From assembly GCA_020054695.1 (NCBI GenBank), contig JAHXBT010000016.1, forward strand, positions 101,680-165,679: 64,000 nucleotides of DNA. The letters run 5' to 3'. The notes beneath the pieces were generated by a model. It searched no databases. It was not told the origin of the DNA and was given only the letters and a program-made list of their open reading frames with translations. This DNA is from Rickettsiales bacterium. Its GTDB lineage: Bacteria; Pseudomonadota; Alphaproteobacteria; Rickettsiales; UBA1997. The position numbers were made by a program, and so were the translations under genes. Below are positions 19,623-30,513 of the stretch, in pieces. Positions within the stretch are counted from its first letter, which is position 1, and each line of letters opens with the position of its first letter.

Positions 19623-22478
19623 ATGGAAGAAAAAATAATAAAGGTTGTTAATGCCAGAGAACATAATCTTAAGAATGTATCAGTTGATATTCCTAAGAAT
19701 AAGTTAGTTGTTGTAACTGGTCTTAGTGGCTCTGGTAAATCTTCTCTTATATTTGATACTGTTTATTCCGAAGCTCAAAGAAGATATATTGAAAGTTTAT
19801 CAGTTTATGCTAGGCAATTTTTAAATATGCAAAGCAAGCCAGATGTTGAATCTATTTCTGGTCTTTCTCCTGCTATCGCTATTAGCCAAAAAACTACCTC
19901 AAGAAATCCTCGTTCTACAGTTGCTACAGTAACAGAGATTTATGATTATATGAGGTTATTATTTGCTAAAATTGGTATTCCTTATTCTCCTGAAACTGGC
20001 TTGCCTATTTCCAATCAATCTTCATCACAAATGGTGGAGCAGATTAAAGAATTACCTGTAGGTACTAAATTATACATTTTAGCCCCAATTGCGAGAGGGC
20101 AAAAAGGTGAATTTAGAAGAGAAATTATTAATATTAAGAAGCAAGGTTTTGCAAGGGTAAAAATTAATGGTAAAATTTATAAATTAAATGAACCAATTCC
20201 TAAGTTAGAAAAAACTAAGAAACATGATATTGAGGTTGTAGTTGATAGAATTGTTATGTCAGCCAATCTTGGTAATCGAGTTGCTGATTCTGTAGAAACT
20301 GCTCTCAAATTATCAGATGGTTTAATTTTTATAGAAATAGTTTCTGTTCCTGATGATTATCAAAAATATAAAAAGAGGGATATAGTTACATTTTCAGAAA
20401 AATTTTCTTGTCCAGTTTCTGGATTTACTATTGCTGAAATTGAACCAAGATTATTTTCTTTTAATAGTCATTATGGTGCCTGTGAGTCCTGTGATGGCTT
20501 GGGAACAGAATTATTCTTTTCCGAAGAGTTGGTTGTGCCTGATGAAAATTTATCATTACAAGAGGGTGCTATTGCTGTTTGGCAAGGATCTGAATCTAAG
20601 CATTATGGTCAAATATTAGCAGCTCTTGGTGAGAAGTACGGGTTTGCCTTAGACGTTCCATTTAAAGAATTAAGTAAGGAATCTAGAAGTATAATTTTTT
20701 ATGGTATTGAGGGTGAAATTGAAATGAAATATCAAGATGGATTTAGAACTTATAATGTTAAATATGAATTTGAAGGTGTTATTAACTATCTTAAATTCCA
20801 ATATAATGATTCTAGTAATTCTTCACTGAAGGAAAATATAGCAAAATATCAAGATTTAACAACTTGTCATGTTTGTAATGGAGCCAGGTTAAATCAGGAG
20901 GCGTTATCTGTTAAAATTAATGGTATAAACATTGCTGCTACTTCTGGATTTTCAGTTGTTCAGGCTTTAGAGTGGCTTGGTGATCTAAAAAATCATTTAG
21001 ATGATACTGAAATTAAAATTTCTGAGAGGATTATTAAAGAAATTAGTAAAAGATTGGGCTTCTTAAAAAATGTTGGTTTGGAATATTTAACTCTAAATAG
21101 AAAGGCTGGAACACTTTCTGGTGGTGAAGCCCAGAGAATTCGTTTGGCATCGCAAATTGGTTCTGGACTTTCTGGCGTAATATATGTTTTAGATGAGCCT
21201 TCAATTGGCTTGCATCAGTCAGATAATAATAAGTTAATTGCTACATTAAAGAATTTACGAGACATGGGGAATTCAGTATTAGTAGTTGAGCATGATGAGG
21301 ACATGATGCGTGAATCTGATTATCTAATTGATGTTGGTTATGGTGCTGGAGTTCATGGTGGGAAAATTATTTCCCAAGGCACGCCAGATGAAGTAATTAA
21401 TGATGATAATAGCGTTACAGGTCAATATTTGAGTGGTAAAAAAGAAATACCAGTACCAAAGAGGAGAAGAGGTGTTAGTCAAAAATATATGATCACTATT
21501 AAGGATTGTGTTGTTAATAATTTAAAAAATATTACTGCTAAATTTCCGTTGGGTGTGTTTTGTTCGGTTAGTGGTATTTCTGGCGGAGGTAAGTCAAGTC
21601 TAGTTATCCATACTTTGTATAAAGCTTTGCATCGTTTGGTTAATAATGCTAAATCAATTCCTGGGCCGTATAAATCAATCGAAGGTTTTGCCTATATTGA
21701 TAAAATCATTCAAATCGATCAGTCTTCAATAGGTAGAACTCCAAGATCTAACCCCTGTACCTACATTAGTGCTTTTACGCCAATTAGAGAATTTTTTACT
21801 AATTTACCGGAAGCTAGAGCCAGAGGTTATAAGTCTGGTAGATTCTCTTTTAATGTTAAGGGCGGCAGATGTGAAAATTGTCAAGGAGATGGTCTAATTA
21901 AAATTGAGATGCATTTTTTGCCTGATATTTATGTTACTTGTGATGTTTGTAAGGGTCGCCGTTATAATAAGGAAACTTTAGAGATTAAATATAAGGATAA
22001 AACAATTGCTGATATTCTTGAAATGACAGCGGAAGAAGCTAGGGAATTCTTTAAAAACATGCCTCATATTCACGAAAAATTCAAAGCTCTTTGCGATGTT
22101 GGTCTCAATTACATCAAAATTGGTCAATCAGCAACAACCCTTTCTGGTGGCGAAGCGCAGAGAATTAAATTAGCTAAAGAACTTAGTAAAAAGGCAACTG
22201 GTAAAACTCTTTATATTCTTGATGAGCCAACAACTGGTTTACATTTTGAAGATATTAGTAAATTACTTAAATCACTACATAAATTAGTTGATAATGGTAA
22301 TAGTATAATTGTTATTGAGCATAATTTAGATATTATTAAAACTTCAGATTGGGTAATTGATATTGGCCCTTATGGTGGTGAAAAAGGTGGCTATATTGTT
22401 GCAGAAGGTACGCCAGAGGATGTAGCTGCAAATACTAAATCAGTTACTGGAGAATTTTTGAAAAAAATGTTAAAATAA
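19623..22478 (+). CDS. uvrA: Excinuclease ABC subunit A
   Basis: 951 aa. Two ABC ATPase modules ([18 protein letters not shown]; LSGGEAQR twice) and zinc-finger Cys clusters. Confidence 0.97.
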   Translation: MEEKIIKVVNAREHNLKNVSVDIPKNKLVVVTGLSGSGKSSLIFDTVYSEAQRRYIESLSVYARQFLNMQSKPDVESISGLSPAIAISQKTTSRNPRSTVATVTEIYDYMRLLFAKIGIPYSPETGLPISNQSSSQMVEQIKELPVGTKLYILAPIARGQKGEFRREIINIKKQGFARVKINGKIYKLNEPIPKLEKTKKHDIEVVVDRIVMSANLGNRVADSVETALKLSDGLIFIEIVSVPDDYQKYKKRDIVTFSEKFSCPVSGFTIAEIEPRLFSFNSHYGACESCDGLGTELFFSEELVVPDENLSLQEGAIAVWQGSESKHYGQILAALGEKYGFALDVPFKELSKESRSIIFYGIEGEIEMKYQDGFRTYNVKYEFEGVINYLKFQYNDSSNSSLKENIAKYQDLTTCHVCNGARLNQEALSVKINGINIAATSGFSVVQALEWLGDLKNHLDDTEIKISERIIKEISKRLGFLKNVGLEYLTLNRKAGTLSGGEAQRIRLASQIGSGLSGVIYVLDEPSIGLHQSDNNKLIATLKNLRDMGNSVLVVEHDEDMMRESDYLIDVGYGAGVHGGKIISQGTPDEVINDDNSVTGQYLSGKKEIPVPKRRRGVSQKYMITIKDCVVNNLKNITAKFPLGVFCSVSGISGGGKSSLVIHTLYKALHRLVNNAKSIPGPYKSIEGFAYIDKIIQIDQSSIGRTPRSNPCTYISAFTPIREFFTNLPEARARGYKSGRFSFNVKGGRCENCQGDGLIKIEMHFLPDIYVTCDVCKGRRYNKETLEIKYKDKTIADILEMTAEEAREFFKNMPHIHEKFKALCDVGLNYIKIGQSATTLSGGEAQRIKLAKELSKKATGKTLYILDEPTTGLHFEDISKLLKSLHKLVDNGNSIIVIEHNLDIIKTSDWVIDIGPYGGEKGGYIVAEGTPEDVAANTKSVTGEFLKKMLK

Positions 22479-22533
22479 ATTTTAGTTGTTAATTAAAAAT
22501 ATTTTTTAAATAGAGTTAATAATATAATAAGTT

Positions 22534-23328
22534 ATGTCTAATATTAAAAATAAAAAAGTTACAACATTTAGTGAGGCATCAAAATTTTGGTGGTCTATTT
22601 TTTGGAGATCTCATTTTGTAAGTATAATTTTATTACTAATAATTACACTTATTTTATTCTTACTATCTCCAAATCAAGACGCCAGTTCTTTTACCCCAAC
22701 TGTTTTACAAATTATATATCCAGGTAGTTATCAGGCTATTACTTTTTTAATATTTATTTTAATTTTTTTTAGGATTTTAAGAAATAATGTTAATTCAACC
22801 AAGATTACAGCTATTTTTTGGTCATTTTTTTGGCGTTATGCCGTTGCTTTAACTACAATATATATAATATGGATATGTACTTTTTATTTAATTCTATCTC
22901 TATCTTTTAATATTAACCAAGAGCTATATATACCAAGGTGGAATTTTGATACCAATCGTTTTTTGGTTTGTTTAATATCTACAATTGTCGGTATCATTGT
23001 TATATCTTATATTTGTTTACTAAATCGTAAGTCTATTTCTATATTAATTGCTATCTGTATAATATTTGCTTTAATTGCACATATATTATCACCATTTTTC
23101 TTCTTATTTTTATATAAATCAGATTCATTCTTTATTCATAGTTATCCAACTACTTTTAACAATACCGTTGATAATCTTTTAATGGCGATGTATATGTTTG
23201 TTATTATTGGAGCTATTTCTTTAAAAATTAGAATTTATCAAATTATTTTTAATAAAGGATTGGTTAAATATTCTAAAGTTAAGAATTACAATATTACAAA
23301 AATTAAGATTGGTAAATTTTCTATATAA
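22534..23328 (+). CDS. Polytopic membrane protein, unknown function
   Basis: 264 aa with about 6-7 hydrophobic spans. Duplicated motif KFWWSIFWRSHF / AIFWSFFWRYAV. No recognisable family. Confidence 0.6.
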   Translation: MSNIKNKKVTTFSEASKFWWSIFWRSHFVSIILLLIITLILFLLSPNQDASSFTPTVLQIIYPGSYQAITFLIFILIFFRILRNNVNSTKITAIFWSFFWRYAVALTTIYIIWICTFYLILSLSFNINQELYIPRWNFDTNRFLVCLISTIVGIIVISYICLLNRKSISILIAICIIFALIAHILSPFFFLFLYKSDSFFIHSYPTTFNNTVDNLLMAMYMFVIIGAISLKIRIYQIIFNKGLVKYSKVKNYNITKIKIGKFSI

Positions 23329-23332
23329 TTAA

Positions 23333-24418
23333 ATGACAAACAGCTTCGGTAAATTATTTTCTTTTACATCTTTTGGGGAGTCTCACGGACCAGCGATTGG
23401 TTGTGTTGTTGATGGTTGTCCATCATTAATTGATATCGATGAGGAGTATATCCAAAAAGATCTTGATCGTCGGCGTCCAGGTAGTTCTAAATTTGTTACT
23501 CAAAGAAATGAGCCTGACCAAGTAAAAATTCTATCTGGCATTTTTGAAAACAAGACAACAGGTACACCAATTGCCTTATTAATTGAAAATCAAGATCAAA
23601 GATCTAAAGATTATTCTGAAATTAAAGATAAGTTTCGTCCATCTCATGCTGACTTTACTTATTTTAAAAAATATGGCATTAGAGATTATCGTGGTGGTGG
23701 CAGATCTTCTGCGCGTGAAACTGCCGTTAGAGTTGCCGCAGGTGCAATTGCTAAAAAAGTTCTAAGACAACATAATATTGAAATTACTGGCTATATTTCT
23801 CAAATTGGAGCAGTAAAAATTAACAATAATAACATTAATTATAATCAAATTAATCAAAATCCATTTTTTTGTCCAGATATTAATAAAATACAGGAGGTAG
23901 AAGATTACTTAACTAAAATTCGTAAGGAGGGTGATTCAGTTGGTGCTGTTATTGAAGTTGTAGCTAGAAATGTTCCTGTTGGTCTGGGTGAGCCAATCTA
24001 TAATAAATTGGATACAGCTCTTGCCGCTGCCATGATGAGCATTAATGCTGTAAAGGCTGTTGAAATTGGCTCTGGTTTTGATATTGCTTCGAAAAAGGGT
24101 AGTCAGGTTTCGGACGAAATTTCTATAGATGGAGATGATGTCAAGTTTTCTAGTAATAATTCTGGGGGTATTTTGGGCGGCATTTCTTCTGGTCAAGATA
24201 TTATAGTTAGATTTGCTGTAAAACCAACCAGCTCAATTTTAAAAGAAAAAAATACCATCGATAAATTTGGGCGTAACACCAAGTTAATAACCAAAGGCCG
24301 TCACGATCCGTGTGTTGGCATTAGAGCCGTGCCAATTGGTGAAGCAATGATGGCTTGTGTAATATTGGATCATTTGTTGATAAAGAAATCTTACGCCAAA
24401 ATCAGAGATTTTGATTAA
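23333..24418 (+). CDS. aroC: Chorismate synthase
   Basis: 361 aa. [29 protein letters not shown] and GRHDPCVG motifs. Confidence 0.96.
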   Translation: MTNSFGKLFSFTSFGESHGPAIGCVVDGCPSLIDIDEEYIQKDLDRRRPGSSKFVTQRNEPDQVKILSGIFENKTTGTPIALLIENQDQRSKDYSEIKDKFRPSHADFTYFKKYGIRDYRGGGRSSARETAVRVAAGAIAKKVLRQHNIEITGYISQIGAVKINNNNINYNQINQNPFFCPDINKIQEVEDYLTKIRKEGDSVGAVIEVVARNVPVGLGEPIYNKLDTALAAAMMSINAVKAVEIGSGFDIASKKGSQVSDEISIDGDDVKFSSNNSGGILGGISSGQDIIVRFAVKPTSSILKEKNTIDKFGRNTKLITKGRHDPCVGIRAVPIGEAMMACVILDHLLIKKSYAKIRDFD

Positions 24419-24633
24419 AATATAAACAAAAAATACTTTGGTTGTTTTTTATTTTGTGCTTTATTTTTGTTGTAAAAAACCTCAAAATTTTTTTTAAAAA
24501 TAGCTTTGCAACTAATTTAGTTTCATACCTCGCTTTTATATGGGGAGTCAAATTTTATTTTAAGCTAATTTGGATGGGTATAATACGATTTTTAAGTTAT
24601 AAAATGGCATTACATCATAAACCATAACATAAA

Positions 24634-25053
24634 ATGCAAAAAATACTCATCAATAATCATGGCCAAATGGCAGATTTTGCTAAAAAGCAAGCAAAAAATG
24701 TTAAAAATAATCAAATTTTTACCCTAAGTGGTACATTGGGTTCTGGCAAAACATTCTTTGCTAAATATTTTATTTCACACCTAACTGGCTTAGATGTTGC
24801 TCAAATAACAAGTCCAACTTTTAATATTTATAATCATTATGATGCAAATAACCTAAATATCTATCATTTTGATTTATATCGCATTAAAGATGAAGTAGAA
24901 TTAGAAAACATTGGTTTTTATGATTTATTAAAAGACGGAGTTTGCCTTATTGAGTGGCCAGAAATTGCTAAAAAATATTTACCACGTAATGTAGTGTCAA
25001 TTATTTTTGAAATTATTAATAATAATAAAAGGAAATTAATTATTACAAACTAG
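24634..25053 (+). CDS. tsaE: tRNA t6A biosynthesis ATPase TsaE (YjeE)
   Basis: 139 aa. Walker A GTLGSGKTFFAKY, plus SPTFNI, HFDLYR and IEWPE. Confidence 0.85.
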   Translation: MQKILINNHGQMADFAKKQAKNVKNNQIFTLSGTLGSGKTFFAKYFISHLTGLDVAQITSPTFNIYNHYDANNLNIYHFDLYRIKDEVELENIGFYDLLKDGVCLIEWPEIAKKYLPRNVVSIIFEIINNNKRKLIITN

Positions 25054-25457
25054 AATTTTACGTCAGATAGGTTTAATTTAGAAGAGTTAGAATCATTAAA
25101 ATAGGTGGCTAATAGATAAAAAATTGAGGAATTTTATAGAAAAAAGACAGCTTACTGGAATTGTAAAACATGAATATAGATTAAATAAAAATTATATATG
25201 TATTACGATATTTATTTAGATAAGATTAAAGAAAAGTTGCCAAAAAAATCTACCGACAAACTAAGTGTATAAGGAGATTGGGGTCTAATATAGTATTTTG
25301 AAAATGAAAATCCTTGACAAAATATTTAGGTATAATTTAAAATTTTCAAGATCATAAAAAATTAGAAAACAACCTTTAAATTTTTCTTAGATTACCTATA
25401 TTAATTTTTATAAATATTTAATATTTTATTTTATCAACTTTAAAACAGAAATTAAAG

Positions 25458-26225
25458 ATGACCGAATTAAAAAATTTTAAAAATACTAAAAAAAAATCAT
25501 CAACAAAGATTTATAAAAAGAAAGGTCTGCTAGTAAAAAAATTTAAAAATTACAAATCAAGGAGTTACTCATTTTCAAGATCATTTATTGCATTAATATT
25601 TTTACTGGTTGGAATTGGCGGAACTTTATTAATGCATAGCTTTGCACATAAGATAGATAATAATTCTCATAAAAAAGTATTGGTGCATGATCAGCAGATA
25701 AAAATGCTACAAGCTTGGCAAAATGATGTTAATGAGTGGATAAAGAAATCTCGTACAAAGAAAATGTATAGGTCAGATAAATTCTTTGATGATTTTTATT
25801 TGGATTCATTTGTTCCATTTTCTAATATGGGCGATGTCAACAAAAGAATAAGAGAAAGATTCTCCAACTTTGACCAATTATTTAATAATCATTTTGATGG
25901 CTATAGGAGATCCAATCACTCACCTCTTTCTAGCAGAGCGTATATTTCTCAAAAGGAAGATGATGAATTTATTTATTATCAGCTAAATTTTAGGGGATTT
26001 TCTAAGGATGGTATATCTGTAAAAATTGAGGATGGGTTGATAACCTTCTTTTCAAAAAGGATAGAGGATAGTACATCGGAAGATAATAATTTTAAATCGC
26101 GATCAAAAATAGAGTCAAATTTCTTTTATTCATTTTTAGTTCCAAAAAATATTGATCTATATAATCCTGAGATAATCAGAGAGCGCGGTAAAATAATTGT
26201 TAAATTCAAAAAGAATAAAGATTAA
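25458..26225 (+). CDS. Membrane-anchored Hsp20/alpha-crystallin-domain-like protein
   Basis: 255 aa. Lys-rich N-terminus, one TM segment (FIALIFLLVGIGGTLLMHSF), and a C-terminal ACD-like pattern ISQKEDDEFIYYQLNFRGFSKDGISVKIEDGLITF...FFYSFLVPKNIDLYNPEIIRERGKIIVKFKK. Confidence 0.65.
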   Translation: MTELKNFKNTKKKSSTKIYKKKGLLVKKFKNYKSRSYSFSRSFIALIFLLVGIGGTLLMHSFAHKIDNNSHKKVLVHDQQIKMLQAWQNDVNEWIKKSRTKKMYRSDKFFDDFYLDSFVPFSNMGDVNKRIRERFSNFDQLFNNHFDGYRRSNHSPLSSRAYISQKEDDEFIYYQLNFRGFSKDGISVKIEDGLITFFSKRIEDSTSEDNNFKSRSKIESNFFYSFLVPKNIDLYNPEIIRERGKIIVKFKKNKD

Positions 26226-26402
26226 TAGATTATGAATTATTTCATATTGAAATAGGAACGCTACTATTAAAACAATTACCACAACAATATTGGTGCTAAA
26301 AGAGGGGTGAGGTTGCTAAATTTTGTTTTTTTCTTTGGTGGCGGTATTATTATGATATTAATGTTAATATCAAAAGAGTGTTTGGTAAAATATCTTTCAC
26401 CA

Positions 26403-27437
26403 TTATATTTTTCCTGATTTTTTCATTAGGTAAGTAATATTAATAAAAGAATTGAAAATATTTTGGCAATTTTCATAATCTTTTTTACATTTAATTTCAA
26501 TTTCTTGTAATCTCATCATAATTTTTTCAATCGAGTTAATTTGCCAAATTTTATGATGCTTTCTAAAAAAATCTTGTTCTTTAAAAAATATTCTCTGGGA
26601 TTTCATTTCTATTTCTAGGTTACTTCCTTCTTTAATTGCTACAGCAATTTTATATAATTTAAAAAAGTAATTTTGTAAATATCTCAGAATAACAACTGGG
26701 TTAATCTTTTGATAGTAAATTTGATCTAAAATTGTAACTGTTTTTTTTAAATCTAAAGCAACAAAATTATTAACAAATTCATTGATAGTAACCTCCGAAA
26801 TATCGGAAAATAAATTTTGAACAATGTCCAAAGTAAGATATTTTTCTTCGTCTAAATAGGTAATTACTTTATTAATTTCATTAAGAATAATTAGTCTATT
26901 CTTGCCAAATTTACTATTAATATATTCAATTACGCCAGATTCAATTTTAATGTTTTTTTTAGTAAATTCAGAACGAATTATGTTGGAAATAGTAGCGACA
27001 TTGTCTTCATAACATGCAATTGTTGCGATTTTTGGAGATTTTTCAGAAAGTTTTCTAAGGGAAGATGTGTTATCTAATTCTCCTGCTATAAGTAAGATAA
27101 AATTATCACTTTTGGATTCTACCTCGAATAGAGATTTGATATTTTTAGTAATTTTATTATTTGCTTGATCAATTTTAATTAATTTACGATCAGGTCCAAA
27201 CATTGACATTGAAAAAAACTCATCAAATAAAATATTTCCATTTTCTTCAATTCGTTTGGTAGAAATATCACTAAAAGCAAAAGGGTTGGAAGAGTCTGTA
27301 ATAATTTTTTTAGCAATTTCTTTTGATCTAATTGAAACTAAACCAGATTCTGGACCAAAAATTAAGGCAGCAGAAATATCCTTATTTTTGTCTATATTTC
27401 TAATAAACTCATCTATCTTAAAAGGAGGTATTTTCAT
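26403..27437 (-). CDS. holA: DNA polymerase III delta subunit
   Basis: Start placed at the internal ATG 27437 (MKIPPFKIDEF...AALIFGPESGL); the longest ORF reaches 27491. Length and helical C-terminus fit HolA. Confidence 0.72.
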   Translation of the reverse strand: MKIPPFKIDEFIRNIDKNKDISAALIFGPESGLVSIRSKEIAKKIITDSSNPFAFSDISTKRIEENGNILFDEFFSMSMFGPDRKLIKIDQANNKITKNIKSLFEVESKSDNFILLIAGELDNTSSLRKLSEKSPKIATIACYEDNVATISNIIRSEFTKKNIKIESGVIEYINSKFGKNRLIILNEINKVITYLDEEKYLTLDIVQNLFSDISEVTINEFVNNFVALDLKKTVTILDQIYYQKINPVVILRYLQNYFFKLYKIAVAIKEGSNLEIEMKSQRIFFKEQDFFRKHHKIWQINSIEKIMMRLQEIEIKCKKDYENCQNIFNSFINITYLMKKSGKI

Positions 27438-27761
27438 AATTGAGCAAGAGATCCGTTTCGATTCACTTCTAAATTGGCATCTTTTGTACACAATTTTGGT
27501 CTATATGTCATATCGAATAAGTTTTTGTTCACTATTTCCTATAGTTGCATTGTATCATCAGTAGCTTTTTTATTTTAATAAGATCTCGATCTATTTAAAA
27601 TAACTTTCTTAGATTGTCACTATCTACTATAGTGGTAATTAGTTCCTGCTAGTTTTTTTAATTTTGGTGGCAGTGTTAATCAACTAAGTATAATAATTTT
27701 ATTCAAGGATTGAATTTTAAATCATATTATTTATATTTACTAGGTAATTTAATAATATTCT

Positions 27762-29003
27762 ATGAGTTTAATTGTTCAAAAATTTGGTGGTACTTCAGTT
27801 GGTAATATTGCTAAAATTCAAAATGTTGCCAAAAAAGTTGCTGTTGAAATTGAAAAAAATAATAAAGTAATAATTGTGGTTTCCGCTATGTCTGGCGTAA
27901 CAAACCAACTAGTTGGCTACTGTAATGAAGTCTCTGAATTAAGGGATAATGATGATATGGCAGAATATGATGCTATAGTTTCTAGTGGTGAACAGGTTAC
28001 CTCAGGTCTTTTAGCTTTGGAGCTAAAAAAATTAGGTTATAAAGCAAGATCTTTTACCGGCTGGCAAATTGGCATGAAAACAGATAATATTCATTCAAAA
28101 GCTAGGATCAAATCTATTGATAAGGATATTTTAATTAATGAATTAAAAGAAAAAGATGCCATAGTAATTGCTGGTTTTCAGGGTATTAATGATAAAACTC
28201 AAAGAGTGACAACTTTAGGTCGTGGCGGGTCGGATACCACCGCAGTTGCAATTGCGGCAGCGGTTAAGGCTGATATTTGCGAGATTTATACAGATGTTGA
28301 TGGTGTCTTTACTACCGATCCAAGAATTACTGATGAAGCTAAGAAAATTGATAGAATATCTTATGAGGAAATGCTTGAAATGGCATTTTCAGGCTCTAAA
28401 GTATTACAGACTCGTTGTGTAGTAATGGCGATGACTCATAATGTTAAGGTAAGGGTTTTGTCAACTTTCGAAGAAAAAACAGAAAATTCTGGAACTATTT
28501 TAATTAATAATAATGATATTATGGAAAAAAGACTTATAACTGGTGTCAGTCAAAGTAAAAATGAAGCGAGGTTTACTTTAAGTGATATGCCTGATAACCC
28601 TGGACTTTCTGCTAATATTTTTGGTTCTATTGCTGATAATGGCATTAATACCGACATGATTGTACAAAATATTAGTCAGGATAATAAGACCGTTAATATT
28701 ACTTTTACTGTCAATATAGATGATTTAAACCGCACTAAAATTGCCCTAGAAGAAAAGAGGCAGTTATTGGGATATCAAAAAATGTTAATCGACGACAATA
28801 TTTCTAAAATTTCTGTTATTGGTGTTGGTATGATAAGCAATTCTGGCGTAGCTCATACTATGTTTAAAATTTTAGCAGATAAAAATATAAATATTTCATT
28901 AATTTCAACTTCGGAGATTAAAATTTCTACTTTAATTGAAAAGAAATTTGGTGATCAAGTTATTAAAGCTTTGCATAAAGCCTTTGATTTGGGATCTTCC
29001 TAG
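27762..29003 (+). CDS. lysC: Aspartate kinase
   Basis: 413 aa. VQKFGGTSVG, VVVSAMSGVTN, LGRGGSDTTAVAIAA and C-terminal ACT repeats. Confidence 0.95.
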   Translation: MSLIVQKFGGTSVGNIAKIQNVAKKVAVEIEKNNKVIIVVSAMSGVTNQLVGYCNEVSELRDNDDMAEYDAIVSSGEQVTSGLLALELKKLGYKARSFTGWQIGMKTDNIHSKARIKSIDKDILINELKEKDAIVIAGFQGINDKTQRVTTLGRGGSDTTAVAIAAAVKADICEIYTDVDGVFTTDPRITDEAKKIDRISYEEMLEMAFSGSKVLQTRCVVMAMTHNVKVRVLSTFEEKTENSGTILINNNDIMEKRLITGVSQSKNEARFTLSDMPDNPGLSANIFGSIADNGINTDMIVQNISQDNKTVNITFTVNIDDLNRTKIALEEKRQLLGYQKMLIDDNISKISVIGVGMISNSGVAHTMFKILADKNINISLISTSEIKISTLIEKKFGDQVIKALHKAFDLGSS

Positions 29004-29048
29004 TTTAAAAAAGGGTACTAAGTTAATTAGCAACATAATTCGAAGATT

Positions 29049-30134
29049 TTGTATAATAAAATATTTTCCAATCTACTATTAAAAATTAAGATAGGCTTTT
29101 TTTTATTATTATTTGCCCATCTATCCATAGCCGAGGAATCTAAGTATATCATCAGTAATATTACAATTAATGAATCTGCTGAATCTGCCAGCAAAGCTCA
29201 AGAAATTGCTAATATCAATGCTAATAGAGAGGCTTTTCTCAGGTTACTTAAGAAATTATCAATTAATGAATCATTTTCTGATTATATTGATGATGATCAG
29301 TTGGAAGAGGCAATTTATGCTAAAACTATTTCTAATGAAAAGATAGCTGATAGTTGGTATAAGGCAACATTTAATATAGAATTTACAAAAGGTTATATTG
29401 ATAATTTATTAGAAAGTAAGGATTTTGGTTTGGATCTTGATCTGAGTAAAAAATATTTAATATTTCCAATCCAAATTTTAGATTCACAATCCAAAATATG
29501 GCATAATAACAATACGTGGTTTAATGCTTGGCGTTCTGTGCTATCAGAAAATGAGTCAGAAGTTATTAAAATTCCTGCCGGTGATATTGACGACATATCA
29601 CTTTTAAAATCGTTTGATTTAGAAACTATAAAATATCTTGATATCAAAGATATTGTTAAAAAATATAATTCTAAAGTTGCTGTTTTTATTGATATCTATA
29701 TTGATCATTTAGAAAACAATGTTGCTATCAATATTACTATGGTTAAAAAATTTACCAAGAAGAATATAAGGCTTAGCTTTGTTAATATTAATGATATCAA
29801 AAAGGAGAGATTGTATAATATTATTGTCCAAAAAATTATTGAATATTTAAGTGAAAAAGATCTCTCGGAAGTTGATAAACAATATAAAAAGAAAGATAGC
29901 AATAATATTTATATAGATATATTACCATCTTCTTTAAAATCCTGGATTACTTTTGAAAAAAAACTTAAAAAAGTAAATAATCTTGATTTTAAAGTAATAT
30001 CAGTATCTGCAGATTTAATTAAATTATCAATCAAGCCGCTAGAAGGGGTGGATATTTTAAAATATCTAGAAGATTATGGTGTTTTTGTTGAAAAGAGTGA
30101 AGATAGTGCAATTTATTATATTGCGCTTGATTGA
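29049..30134 (+). CDS. Secreted hypothetical protein
   Basis: 361 aa with a TTG start. Signal peptide FFLLLFAHLSIAEE. No motif recognised. Confidence 0.6.
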   Translation: MYNKIFSNLLLKIKIGFFLLLFAHLSIAEESKYIISNITINESAESASKAQEIANINANREAFLRLLKKLSINESFSDYIDDDQLEEAIYAKTISNEKIADSWYKATFNIEFTKGYIDNLLESKDFGLDLDLSKKYLIFPIQILDSQSKIWHNNNTWFNAWRSVLSENESEVIKIPAGDIDDISLLKSFDLETIKYLDIKDIVKKYNSKVAVFIDIYIDHLENNVAINITMVKKFTKKNIRLSFVNINDIKKERLYNIIVQKIIEYLSEKDLSEVDKQYKKKDSNNIYIDILPSSLKSWITFEKKLKKVNNLDFKVISVSADLIKLSIKPLEGVDILKYLEDYGVFVEKSEDSAIYYIALD

Positions 30135-30147
30135 TAGCGCTTTTTTT
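30123..30147 (+). terminator. Rho-independent terminator candidate separating the upstream gene from the PKS block
   Basis: Stem gcgct (30123-30127) / agcgc (30136-30140), loop tgattgat (contains the stop codon), followed by ttttttt (30141-30147). Confidence 0.45.
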
Positions 30148-30513
30148 CAAAAAAACCTTCGATAACCTAGCTTTTATCTCAAAACATTCAAATTTATTAT
30201 TAATTTTAAAAGCTGGTTATGGTAAGTCATTAATAGAATTTTTTTATATCAAGATAATTTATATTTTTAAATCAATGATTGCCTAATAAGCTTGTGAAAT
30301 ACATTAATATTTATTATACAAGACATTTTAACTTAATTTGTATTAAAGTATATTAAGTTATAATTAAGTATCTCTTAAAGAAATCAACCAAATTGCTTGA
30401 ATTTTATATTTTAGAGTGCGATATTATTTTAATCTACAAATGAATTAAAATGTAAGTTTGTTACAAGTTTTGCATAGGGTAATATGAGTTTAAAAATGTA
30501 ATAACATAAAAAA

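Noticed and set aside
24442-24627. 61-aa ORF between aroC and tsaE
   Set aside because: It is short, hydrophobic, low-complexity and has no motif, so it is most likely spacer DNA.
25314-25336. TTGACA ... TATAAT upstream of the Hsp20-like gene
   Set aside because: Both hexamers are perfect, but the spacer is only 11 nt (25320-25330), which is incompatible with a sigma70 promoter. It is likely chance in AT-rich DNA.
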